A stretch of DNA of 64,000 nucleotides, from positions 2,304,001 through 2,368,000 of the forward strand of contig OZ245056.1 of assembly GCA_965224705.1 (NCBI GenBank). Direction: 5' to 3'. Shown piece by piece: positions 40,501-48,335 of the stretch; the first letter of the stretch is position 1, and every line of letters starts with the position of its first letter. This DNA is from Spirochaetaceae bacterium (lineage in GTDB: Bacteria; Spirochaetota; Spirochaetia; DSM-2461). A program made the translations under genes and the position numbers. Below the pieces are notes generated by a model that did no database searches, was not told the origin of the DNA, and worked only from the letters and a program-made list of their open reading frames with translations.

Positions 40501-43500
40501 TTTCACTCCAGACTCCTGCCTGCCCATCACCGTTTAAAGCACGCACTCGCCAGTAATGCGTCTGAAGATTCTTCAGGGACGATCCAGGTGTGTAGTTCGT
40601 ACCGGTCACATCAACAGCAGGACTGCCATCCAGTTCCGATTCACTGTCTGCTATCTGTATCTGATATCTGTCCGCTTCGTTTACGGTAGTCCATCCAAAC
40701 GCAGGGGTGGTATCCGTGGTGGTGCTTCTATCAGCGGGACTCAGGCCGTTAATCGCCGCACCAAATTCTATTCCTAAGGAATGTGTCTCACTCCAGGCTC
40801 CTGCCTGCCCATTGCTCAAAGCACGCACTCGCCAGTAATGTGTCTGAAGATTCGTCAGGGCCGATCCATGTGTGTAGCCCGTACCGGTCACTCCAACGTC
40901 AATATCGGGACTCCCATCCAGTTCCGCTTTGCTGCCTGCTATCTGTATCTGGTATCTGTCCGCTCCGCTTACGGCATTCCATCCAAACGCAGGGGTGGTG
41001 TCCGTGGTGGTGAATCCGTTGTCGGGACTCAGGCCGTTAATCGCCGCACCAAATTCTACTCCCAGGGAATAGGCCGCGCTCCAGTCTCCCGCCTGATTAC
41101 TCCCGTCCAAAGCACGCACTCGCCAGTAATGTGTCTGAAAATTCGTCAATGCTGTCTCAAGTGTGTAGACCGTACCGGTCACATCAACAGCAGGACTCCC
41201 ATCCAGTTCCGCTTTGCTGCCTGCTATCTGTATCTGGTATTTGTCCGCTCCGTCCAGATTAGTCCAGACGAAGGTGGGGGTGGTATCCGCAGTGGTGCTT
41301 CCGTCAGCGGGACTCAGGCCGTTAATCGCCGCACCAAATTCTATCCGTAAGGAATGTGTCGCACTCCAGTCCCCCGCCTGATTGCTCCCGTTCAAAGCAC
41401 GCACTCGCCAGTAATGCGTCTGAAGATTCGTCAGTGCTGCTGCAGGTGTGTATTCCGTACCGGTCACTTCAACGCCAATGGAAGAACTGCTGCTCAGTTC
41501 TGCTTCGCTGCCTGCTATCTGTATCTGATATTTATTCGCTCCGCTCACAGCATTCCAGTTGAAGGAAGGCGTGGTGCTCAAAGTGTTGCTTCCGTCAGCG
41601 GGACTCAGGCCGTTAATCACCGCACCAAATTCTATCCGCAAGGAATAGGTTTCACTCCAGACTCCTGCCTGCCCATCACCGTTTAAAGCACGCACTCGCC
41701 AGTAATGCGTCTGAAGATTCTTCAGGGACGATCCAGGTGTGTAGTTCGTACCGGTCACATCAACAGCAGGACTGCCATCCAGTTCCGATTCACTGTCTGC
41801 TATCTGTATCTGATATCTGTCCGCTTCGTTTACGGCATTCCATCCAAACGCAGGGGAGGTCTCCGCAGTGTTGCTTCCGTCAGCGGGACTCAGGCCGTTA
41901 ATCGCCGCACCAAATTCTACTCCCAGGGAATAGGCCGCGCTCCAGTCCCCCGCCTGATTGCTCCCGTCCAAAGCACGCACTCGCCAGTAATATGTCTGGA
42001 AATTAGTCAATGCTGTCTCAAGTGTGTAGACCGTACCGGCCACGTCAACATCAGGACTGCCATCCAGTTCCGCTTCACTGTCTGCTATCTGTATCTGGTA
42101 TTTGTCCGCTCCGTCCAGATTAGTCCAGACAAAGGTGGGGGTGGTATCCGCAGTGGTGCTTCCGTCAGTGGGACCCAGACCGCTTATCGCCGCACCAAAT
42201 TCTATCTGTAAGGAATGTGTCGCACTCCAGTCCCCCGCCTGATTGCTCCCGTTCAAAGCACGCACTCGCCAGTAATGCGTCTGAAGATTCGCCAGGGCCG
42301 ATCCATGTGTGTATTCCGTACCGGTTACTTCAGCGTCAACGGAAGAACTGCTGCCCAGTTCTGTTTCACTGCCTGCTATTTGTATTTGATATTTATTCGC
42401 TCCGCTCACAGCATTCCAGCTAAAGGCGGGCATGGTATCCGTGGTGGTGCTTCCGTCAGCGGGACTCAGGCCGCTTATCGCCGCACCAAATTCTATTCGT
42501 AAGGAATGTGTCTCACTCCAGGCCCCTGCCTGCCCATTGCCGTTCAAAGCACGCACTCGCCAGTAATACGTCTGAAGATTCGTCAGTGTTGATCCATGTG
42601 TGTATTCCGTTTCGTTTACTTCAACGTTAACATCAGGATTGCTATCCAGTTTCGCTTCGCTGTCTGCTATTTGTATCTGGTATTTGTCCGCTCCGCTTAC
42701 GGCATCCCATTCGAAAGCAGGCGCAGTTTCCATGGTGCTTCCGTTAGCGGGACTCAGGCCGTTAATCGTCGCACCAAATTCTACCCCCAGGGAATAGGCC
42801 GCGCTCCAACTCCCCGCCTGATTGCTCCCGTTCAAAGCACGCACTCGCCAGTAATGTGTCTGAAAATTCGTCAATGCTGTCTCAAGTGTGTAGACCGTAC
42901 CGGTCACGTCAACAGCAGGACTGCTATCCAGTTCCGCTTCACTGTCTGCTATTTGTATCTGGTATTCGTCCGCTCCGTCCACGGCATTCCATCCGAAAGC
43001 AGGCGTGGTGTCCGTGGTGGTGCTTCCGTCAGCGGGACTCAGTCCGTTTATCCCCATACCAAATCTCATCAGCAAGGAATGCGTCGCACTCCAGGTTCCT
43101 GTTTGCCCATCGCCGCTCAAAGCACGCACTCGCCAGTAATGCGTATTAAGATTCGTCAGCTTCGTTACAGGTGTATAGTCAGTACCACTCACTTCAACGT
43201 CAACAGAAGAACTGCTGCCCAGTTCTGCTTCGCTGTCTGCTATCTGTATTTGATATTTATCCGCTCCTTCCACAGAATTCCAGCTGAAGGCGGGCATGGT
43301 GTCCGAGATGCTGCTTCCATCGGCAGGACTCAGGCCGCTAATCGCTGCACCAAATTCTATCCGCAGGGAATACGTCACACTCCAGGTTCCCGCCTCTTCA
43401 TCGCCGTTTAAAGCACGCATTCGCCAATAATACGTCTGAAGATTCGTCAACGCCTCTCCAGTCGTGTAGTTCGTGTCGCTTACTTCAACGTCAATGGCAG

Positions 43501-44107
43501 GACTGTCATTCAGTTTCGCTTCACTGCCTGCTATCTGTATTTGATATTTGTCCGCTCCTTCCACGGTAGTCCAGCTAAAGGTGGGGGTGGTGTCCGAGGT
43601 GCTGCTTCCATTGGCAGGACTCATGCCGTTTAACGCGTCATTTCCACTATCTTTTCTTCCCAGCGTAAACGACCGCCCCGCAGTCCACTTACCCCACTTA
43701 CCGTCCTTCTTTGCTGCAGCCCGCCAGTAGTAGGTAAGTTCACTGTTCAGCAATGCCGTTATGTTCATGATATTGCTCGACAGCGTTTCATTAATGTACA
43801 CAGGATTCCCGGAGAAACTATTGCTGGTGGATATTTCCAGCTTATACGCTTCGGCATTCAGAACCTCATAGACGACAAACTGCAGAGAGGCCATCTCCGC
43901 TCCGTCTTCGGTCACCGCTTCAATTTCATCCGCTGAGTCTACAACGGTGTAGGTTTGACCGTCTGTACCATCAAGGGCGGTTTTGTCTGGCAGAGAGCAG
44001 GCTGTTAGAAACAGGATGGGCGTGATGATAATCGCAGCCTGACGAATCAGTCCGAAACGATGGGATAACAGCCATACAAAAAGACATCTTGTGATTGCCT
44101 TGTTCAT
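37559..44107 (-). CDS. Giant tandem-repeat surface lipoprotein (2182 aa), putative adhesin
   Basis: Signal peptide with LTA/C lipobox; 18 similar ~95-97 aa FN3-like repeats plus one divergent copy; 3 C-terminal 101-aa Ig-like repeats. Confidence 0.9.
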   Translation of the reverse strand: MNKAITRCLFVWLLSHRFGLIRQAAIIITPILFLTACSLPDKTALDGTDGQTYTVVDSADEIEAVTEDGAEMASLQFVVYEVLNAEAYKLEISTSNSFSGNPVYINETLSSNIMNITALLNSELTYYWRAAAKKDGKWGKWTAGRSFTLGRKDSGNDALNGMSPANGSSTSDTTPTFSWTTVEGADKYQIQIAGSEAKLNDSPAIDVEVSDTNYTTGEALTNLQTYYWRMRALNGDEEAGTWSVTYSLRIEFGAAISGLSPADGSSISDTMPAFSWNSVEGADKYQIQIADSEAELGSSSSVDVEVSGTDYTPVTKLTNLNTHYWRVRALSGDGQTGTWSATHSLLMRFGMGINGLSPADGSTTTDTTPAFGWNAVDGADEYQIQIADSEAELDSSPAVDVTGTVYTLETALTNFQTHYWRVRALNGSNQAGSWSAAYSLGVEFGATINGLSPANGSTMETAPAFEWDAVSGADKYQIQIADSEAKLDSNPDVNVEVNETEYTHGSTLTNLQTYYWRVRALNGNGQAGAWSETHSLRIEFGAAISGLSPADGSTTTDTMPAFSWNAVSGANKYQIQIAGSETELGSSSSVDAEVTGTEYTHGSALANLQTHYWRVRALNGSNQAGDWSATHSLQIEFGAAISGLGPTDGSTTADTTPTFVWTNLDGADKYQIQIADSEAELDGSPDVDVAGTVYTLETALTNFQTYYWRVRALDGSNQAGDWSAAYSLGVEFGAAINGLSPADGSNTAETSPAFGWNAVNEADRYQIQIADSESELDGSPAVDVTGTNYTPGSSLKNLQTHYWRVRALNGDGQAGVWSETYSLRIEFGAVINGLSPADGSNTLSTTPSFNWNAVSGANKYQIQIAGSEAELSSSSSIGVEVTGTEYTPAAALTNLQTHYWRVRALNGSNQAGDWSATHSLRIEFGAAINGLSPADGSTTADTTPTFVWTNLDGADKYQIQIAGSKAELDGSPAVDVTGTVYTLETALTNFQTHYWRVRALDGSNQAGDWSAAYSLGVEFGAAINGLSPDNGFTTTDTTPAFGWNAVSGADRYQIQIAGSKAELDGSPDIDVGVTGTGYTHGSALTNLQTHYWRVRALSNGQAGAWSETHSLGIEFGAAINGLSPADRSTTTDTTPAFGWTTVNEADRYQIQIADSESELDGSPAVDVTGTNYTPGSSLKNLQTHYWRVRALNGDGQAGVWSETYSLRIEFGAAINGLSPADGFSTTDTTPAFGWNAVSGANKYQIQIEDSEIELSNSSDIYAEVTGTDYTPVTALTNLQMHYWRVRALNSDGQAGAWSEAHSLRTTFGVTINGLSPADGFNTTDTTPAFGWTTVNEADRYQIQIADSESELDGSPAVDVTGTNYTPGSSLKNLQTHYWRVRALNGDGQAGVWSETYSLGIEFGAAINGLSPADGFSTTDTTPAFGWNAVSGANKYQIQIEDSEIELSNSSDIYAEVTGTDYTPVTALTNLQMHYWRVRALNSDGQAGAWSTAHSLRTTFGVTINGLSPADGFNTTDTTPAFGWTTVNEADRYQIQIADSESELDGSPAVDVTGTNYTPGSSLKNLQTHYWRVRALNGDGQAGVWSETYSLGIEFGAAINGLSPADGFSTTDTTPAFGWTTVSGADKYQIQIADSEAELDSSPAVDVTGTNYTPGSALTNLQTHYWRVRALNSDGQAGAWSTAHSLRIEFGAAMSGLNPADGSTTTDTTPAFGWTTVSGADRYQIQIADSESELDGSPAVDVTGTNYTPVTALANLHTHYWRVRALNAKGQTGAWSEAYSLRTEFGAAMNGLSPADNSTTADTTPTFSWNTVKGADKYQLQIANSEADLSSSSAVNVEVTAANYTHGLVLTNLYTHYWRVRALNSDGQAGAWSAIHSLQIQYTLPTDAILSYDNISVREGKSKSRTPQWSSSGFIVTYSMTPLNGGTLPDDISINPETGTITVGPSAAVQAYTAYQITAAGTGNWTGLKKASIIIRVNEQKQKELPTDAILSYDNISVREGGSKSRTPQWSSSGFTVTYSMTPLNGGTLPDGISINPETGTITVGPSAAVQAYTAYQITAAGTGNWTGLKKASIIIRVNEQKQKELPTDAILSYDNISVREGRSKSRTPQWSSSGFTVTYSMTPLNGGTLPDGISINPETGTITVGPSAAVQAYTAYQITAAGTGNWTGLKKASIIIRVNENK
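37568..38460 (-). repeat. Three near-identical 303-bp tandem repeats (C-terminal Ig-like modules)
   Basis: ctcgttaacacg recurs at 37568, 37871 and 38174; LPDGISINPETGTIT motif. Confidence 0.95.
38463..43635 (-). repeat. 18 tandem ~285-291 bp repeats with a 576-bp dimeric higher-order unit
   Basis: YWR(V/M)RAL motif occurs 18 times; identical antisense ORF starts at 39404, 39980 and 40556 mark the 576-bp period. Confidence 0.93.
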
Positions 44108-44162
44108 CAGAATAATTCCTCCGGTTAATATATGTTAAATTGAATCTATCACAGCATTCGAG

Positions 44163-44263
44163 AATGCACAATACAATACAGAATAATGCAATGTAATGCT
44201 AAATAATGCAACACAATGCAATCATCGTGCTAAATAATGCAATAATTATGCTAAATAATGCAA
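44163..44263. repeat. Phased AT-rich repeat array upstream of the lipoprotein gene
   Basis: TGCTAAATAATGCAA at 44197, 44228 and 44249; AATGC at 44163, 44185, 44195, 44205, 44215, 44236 and 44257. Confidence 0.85.
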
Positions 44264-44297
44264 CATTGAATGATTTCGAATGGGCGGATGATTACAT

Positions 44298-44508
44298 CCA
44301 CAAATGAGCAATGCCTTGATGATCGGGTTTATTTATTATCGTTGTCAAACCACTTAAGAAACGCCTGCATTTTTTTCCAGACGGTTTGCACCTGGTGCTT
44401 CGGGAGCGTTTTTTCTTTCCCGACGGAGCCGGAAATAACCGCATGGGATCTCTTCCGGCAGTGCTCAGCCGCCGACGATTATTCATGTCAGTCAAACAGG
44501 CGATCCTT
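44298..44508 (-). pseudogene. Decayed fragment of a Fic-family (DUF4172-type) gene
   Basis: Stitched across frameshifts: KDRLFD*H..IVGG*..DPM/VISGSVGKEK/EAPGANRLEK/MQAFLKWFDND/NPIIKA/IAHLW; ends just before the HPFxDGNGR motif. Confidence 0.7.
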
Positions 44509-44522
44509 TATTTAAAGGTTTG

Positions 44523-44751
44523 TGCAGTGTCAGGAAGCCTGTTGGATGAAACAATTGCTTCCATTAAAAGAATTAATATATTATGGAACAATATTTACAC
44601 AATAACTTGCTGGAGAGACTTCTCATCATTCCAGATGAGTAATTCACTGAATCACAACTATCAATGAGTATTGAACGACTGTATTGGGCAAGGATCCTCA
44701 CCTAACCGGATTACAATGAAACCAGGTCATAACAAGCTTCCTGACACTGCA
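44523..44751. mobile_element. MITE/REP-doublet-like element, copy 2
   Basis: TGCAGTGTCAGGAAGCCTGTT / AACAAGCTTCCTGACACTGCA (20 of 21 complementary). Confidence 0.8.
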
Positions 44752-44800
44752 TACGCCTGAGTTTGAACTTCGTCATTTGATGTCTGACATCTGGAATAAT

Positions 44801-44887
44801 CGGAGAGACAGGGATTCGAACCCTGGGTACCGTAAACGGTACAACGGATTTCGAGTCCGTCCGATTCAACCGCTCTCGCATCTCTCC
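44801..44887 (-). tRNA. tRNA-Ser(CGA)
   Basis: Acceptor ggagaga/tctctcc; anticodon arm acgga-ctCGAaa-tccgt; long variable arm. Confidence 0.96.
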
Positions 44888-44890
44888 CAT

Positions 44891-44964
44891 TATGCCCTGG
44901 AGGACTCGAACCTCCGACCTTCAGGTCCGCAACCTGACACTCTATCCAACTGAGCTAAGGGCAC
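44891..44964 (-). tRNA. tRNA-Arg(GCG)
   Basis: gtgccct-tagctcagttggatagag; anticodon arm tcagg-ttGCGga-cctga. Confidence 0.96.
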
Positions 44965-44983
44965 ATGATTGCTCACAGGAAAA

Positions 44984-45070
44984 CGGAGAGGGTGGGATTC
45001 GAACCCACGGTGCAGTCACCCACACAACTCCTTAGCAGGGAGCCCGATTCAGCCGCTCTCGCACCTCTCC
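44984..45070 (-). tRNA. tRNA-Ser(GCT)
   Basis: Acceptor ggagagg/cctctcc; anticodon arm gctcc-ctGCTaa-ggagt. Confidence 0.96.
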
Positions 45071-45115
45071 AGAAATCTAATTATCCTGAGGATCCCTGTG
45101 AGCACCTCCAGGTAG

Positions 45116-45200
45116 CGGAGGGGGTGGGATTCGAACCCACGGTAAGTTGCCCTACACCGGTTTTCAAGACCGGCTCCATAAACCGCTCGGTCACCCCTCC
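45116..45200 (-). tRNA. tRNA-Ser(TGA)
   Basis: Acceptor ggagggg/cccctcc; anticodon arm gccggt-ctTGAaa-accggt. Confidence 0.96.
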
Positions 45201-45267
45201 TGTTTCAACACGTTAAACAATATGATGGTGCTGTGTCAATAAATCATTCCCTTCAACTTGCATATAG

Positions 45268-45489
45268 AGTGTCAGGAAGCTTGTAGAGATGAAGTGAAAG
45301 CAATCTTTACAAGGATAATATATTATGGATAAAGTAATTACAGTGGTATTTGATTGGCGTGATTTTTCAACTCTCAGAATGATTTTTCATCAAAACTATA
45401 ACCATAAGCAGTAAAAAAACTGCATCAGGCAGAAAACTTCATCTTACCCGGGTACAATGCAAACAGACACCTACAGGCTTCCTGACACT
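45268..45489. mobile_element. MITE/REP-doublet-like element, copy 3
   Basis: AGTGTCAGGAAGCTTGTAG / CTACAGGCTTCCTGACACT (18 of 19 complementary); interior collinear with copy 2. Confidence 0.8.
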
Positions 45490-45542
45490 GTAAAAGAGAT
45501 TGATGTATCCTGTGATAAAGAATCCACAGACGGAGTGATTCA

Positions 45543-46388
45543 ATGCCGGATATCAGTGTTATCGTTCCCACGTTCAATAGATCAGAATTCGTTTGTCATG
45601 CTCTGGATTCCATTTTAATGCAAACATACAGGAATATGGAAGTGATTATTGTGGATGATGGGAGTACAGATAGCACTGAAGTTTGCATACGGGAGATAAT
45701 AACGAGGGAAGAACATGTTCCAATTCAGTATGTTAAAACGACCAGGCAGGGGGTGGCCTTTGCACGAAACATGGGTGTGAGTCAGTCGACTGGAAACTGG
45801 ATTGCCTTTCTCGATTCGGATGACAGGTGGATACCAGAAAAACTCAGCCGACAGATGGAGTTTCTTCGGGAGAATTCTGACAGCCGGATTGTCTATACCC
45901 AGGAACGCTGGATTCGTTCCGGTCGGCGGGTTAATCCTCCAGCGGTTTACAGAAAGTATTCAGGGGATGTTTTTGTCCATTGTCTGCCTGTATGTATGAT
46001 AGGAACTTCCTCTGTCTTAATGGAGAAAACTTTGTTCAGGGAAGTTGGAGAATTCGATGCAGAATATCCTGTGTGCGAAGATTACGAGCTCTGGCTGCGA
46101 ATTGCCAGCCTTCATCCGATAGCATTGATTGAAAAGGATCTGGTCTGGAAATATGGCGGTCATACAGATCAACTTTCAACCAATTATGTTGGAATTGATT
46201 ACTGGCGGATTAAAGCCCTGTGCGGGATTCTCCAGAAGAGAGATCTTTCAATGCCCCGTATGAAAGCTGTACATCAGGAGATAAGGCGTAAAGCAGACAT
46301 TCTTCTGAGAGGGAATAAAAAACATGGTAGAATCAGACAGAATGATGCCGTTATTTCCATGATCCGTGGAGTATGGCCGGAATTCTAA
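45543..46388 (+). CDS. Glycosyltransferase family 2
   Basis: SVIVPTFNR, VDDGSTD, FLDSDD, EDYELWLR. Confidence 0.93.
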   Translation: MPDISVIVPTFNRSEFVCHALDSILMQTYRNMEVIIVDDGSTDSTEVCIREIITREEHVPIQYVKTTRQGVAFARNMGVSQSTGNWIAFLDSDDRWIPEKLSRQMEFLRENSDSRIVYTQERWIRSGRRVNPPAVYRKYSGDVFVHCLPVCMIGTSSVLMEKTLFREVGEFDAEYPVCEDYELWLRIASLHPIALIEKDLVWKYGGHTDQLSTNYVGIDYWRIKALCGILQKRDLSMPRMKAVHQEIRRKADILLRGNKKHGRIRQNDAVISMIRGVWPEF

Positions 46389-46936
46389 CCAGATTCAATT
46401 CCACGGTTGGAGAGGGCCAGCTTCTCAAGCTTGGGATCAATGACCGCACGGCAATACCCCTGATTGCGATTATTGTCATAGTAATACTGGTGGTAATCTT
46501 CAGCTGGCCAGAAAGTTTCCAGAGGAAGTATCCGGGTGACCAGGGAATCTGGAAAGGTACCAGATTTATCCATTTCAGCAAAGGATTTATCGGCGGCGGC
46601 TTTTTGAGATTCGTCGGTATAGAATATGACAGATCGGTATTGGGTGCCGATGTCATTGCCCTGCCGGTTCAGAGTGGAAGGATCATGGGCCTTCCAGAAA
46701 ACCTCCAGCAGGGCTGTCAGAGGACTGATTTCGGGGTTGTAGACAATTTCGACAACCTCGGCATGTCCACTTGTTCCGGAGCAGACCTGCTCATAACTCG
46801 GGTTTGTCAGATGACCTCCCGCATATCCTGGTCTGGTGGATTGCACTCCCGGTATTCGTCTGAAAATGGCTTCAATACACCAGAAACAACCGCCTCCCAA
46901 AACTATGATTTCGTGATTTCTGTCCATTACAGGCAT
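46385..46936 (-). CDS. msrA: Peptide-methionine (S)-S-oxide reductase
   Basis: GGGCFWC, GHAEVV, GNDIGTQYRS, AEDYHQ. Confidence 0.97.
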   Translation of the reverse strand: MPVMDRNHEIIVLGGGCFWCIEAIFRRIPGVQSTRPGYAGGHLTNPSYEQVCSGTSGHAEVVEIVYNPEISPLTALLEVFWKAHDPSTLNRQGNDIGTQYRSVIFYTDESQKAAADKSFAEMDKSGTFPDSLVTRILPLETFWPAEDYHQYYYDNNRNQGYCRAVIDPKLEKLALSNRGIESG

Positions 46937-47045
46937 GATAATATAAAGACTTCTTGAATTCTACTTGTTTTGATCCACAGATTGATCAATACATCCTTCG
47001 AATCGGATACTTTCTTCTGAGCCAGACTCCATGCTAAACTGCATC

Positions 47046-48290
47046 ATGGATTTTCGACGTTATATTCCTGATACAGATGAAGAGGCTGTCTGCCGGATAT
47101 GGGAAGAATGCGGCTGGTTGGACCTTCAGGGAAAGAACAAGGATATTCTGCCTTCCTATCGGGCCTTTCTTGACTGTTCGGATGCGGAAGTTGCTCTCAG
47201 CGGCGGGGAAGCCGAGTGTCTGGTTACCACACATTCGGGAACTATTACCATGCTGGACACCGAACTGTCCCTGAGAGCTGTAACCAGTGTCACCGCAGGC
47301 AGGCCCGTCCGGCGTCTGGGTGCAGCCGGACAAATGACCGCCAGAGCCGTCATACGTGCTGGGGAGTTGGGGGAGGCATGCGCCGCCCTGGGTATTTTCG
47401 ACCAGGGTTATTATGACCGGTTCGGTTTCGGCACTTTTCCCTACGTTCATTCGGTGTCACTTGATCCTCTCAACCTCAATGTTCCCCGTTTAACCCGTAC
47501 CCCGATACGGTTAAGCAGGAAGGATATTCCCCGTATCACGGCCAATATCCGGGAGCGGCATTTTCATCACGGTCTGGTGAAGATCGTTCATGAAGGTTAT
47601 CTGTCCCTTTCGATGGCTGAGTTGGAAAACAGCTTTGGTCTGGGTTTTGAAAACGATGCGGGCCGTCTTACCCATCACATCTGGATTGAACCCAGAGGAG
47701 AAGAGAATGGCCCTTATGAAGTGAGCTGGTTTGTTTTCGAGAATTACACAGGTTTGATTGAACTATTATCTCTGCTGAAGAGTTTTGGTGACCAGGTCAA
47801 TATGATCAAAATGAACGAACCCTGGGGGATACAGCTGCAGGATCTGATGTTACGGCCCTTCCGCAGCCAGGAAATTTCCAGGGGCAGCAGCTATAAAACC
47901 GGCATTGTGGCCGAAGCTTACCAGCAGATCCGCATTCTCGATATGAACCAGTGCCTGGCACCGTTGAAGCTGACTGGCGGCGAAATCAGTTTCAACCTGG
48001 AACTCATCGACCCCATTGAGTCCTTTCTGCAAACTGATTTTTCCTGGAGAGGGATCGGGGGCGACTGGAACATTATCATGGGCGGGGAGGGTTCTGCTGC
48101 CGGATCCGGGAAGAAAGAGGGTTTGCCGCTGATGCGGGCCTCAGTCAACGATTTTACCCGCCTCATCTTCGGTGTTGCTCCTGCTTCGGGTCTGGCCGCA
48201 ACAGGGAATATCCAGGCCCCGGATACATTGCTGAGTTCCCTGGACCAGAAGCTGCGCCTGCCGGTTCCCAGCATGGAACAGGGCTTTTAA
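47046..48290 (+). CDS. Eis-like GNAT acetyltransferase with SCP2-like C-terminus
   Basis: RRLGAAG acetyl-CoA loop, GYYDRFGF, ~415 aa; start 47046 or 47031. Confidence 0.7.
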   Translation: MDFRRYIPDTDEEAVCRIWEECGWLDLQGKNKDILPSYRAFLDCSDAEVALSGGEAECLVTTHSGTITMLDTELSLRAVTSVTAGRPVRRLGAAGQMTARAVIRAGELGEACAALGIFDQGYYDRFGFGTFPYVHSVSLDPLNLNVPRLTRTPIRLSRKDIPRITANIRERHFHHGLVKIVHEGYLSLSMAELENSFGLGFENDAGRLTHHIWIEPRGEENGPYEVSWFVFENYTGLIELLSLLKSFGDQVNMIKMNEPWGIQLQDLMLRPFRSQEISRGSSYKTGIVAEAYQQIRILDMNQCLAPLKLTGGEISFNLELIDPIESFLQTDFSWRGIGGDWNIIMGGEGSAAGSGKKEGLPLMRASVNDFTRLIFGVAPASGLAATGNIQAPDTLLSSLDQKLRLPVPSMEQGF

Positions 48291-48335
48291 CCCGGGCTGA
48301 CCGATCAGGGCAGGATACCGGAACAGGGATGTGTT

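Noticed and set aside
38834..43730. Many repeated plus-strand ORFs
   Set aside because: They are antisense shadows of the lipoprotein repeats.
44163..44263. CRISPR-like array
   Set aside because: The units are 15 bp with 6-16 bp gaps of related sequence, and there are no cas genes.
44891..44964. tRNA-Arg with a GCG rather than ACG anticodon
   Set aside because: This is a known feature of spirochaetes.
44965..45216. 83-aa ORF in the ORF track
   Set aside because: It is antisense to tRNA-Ser genes.
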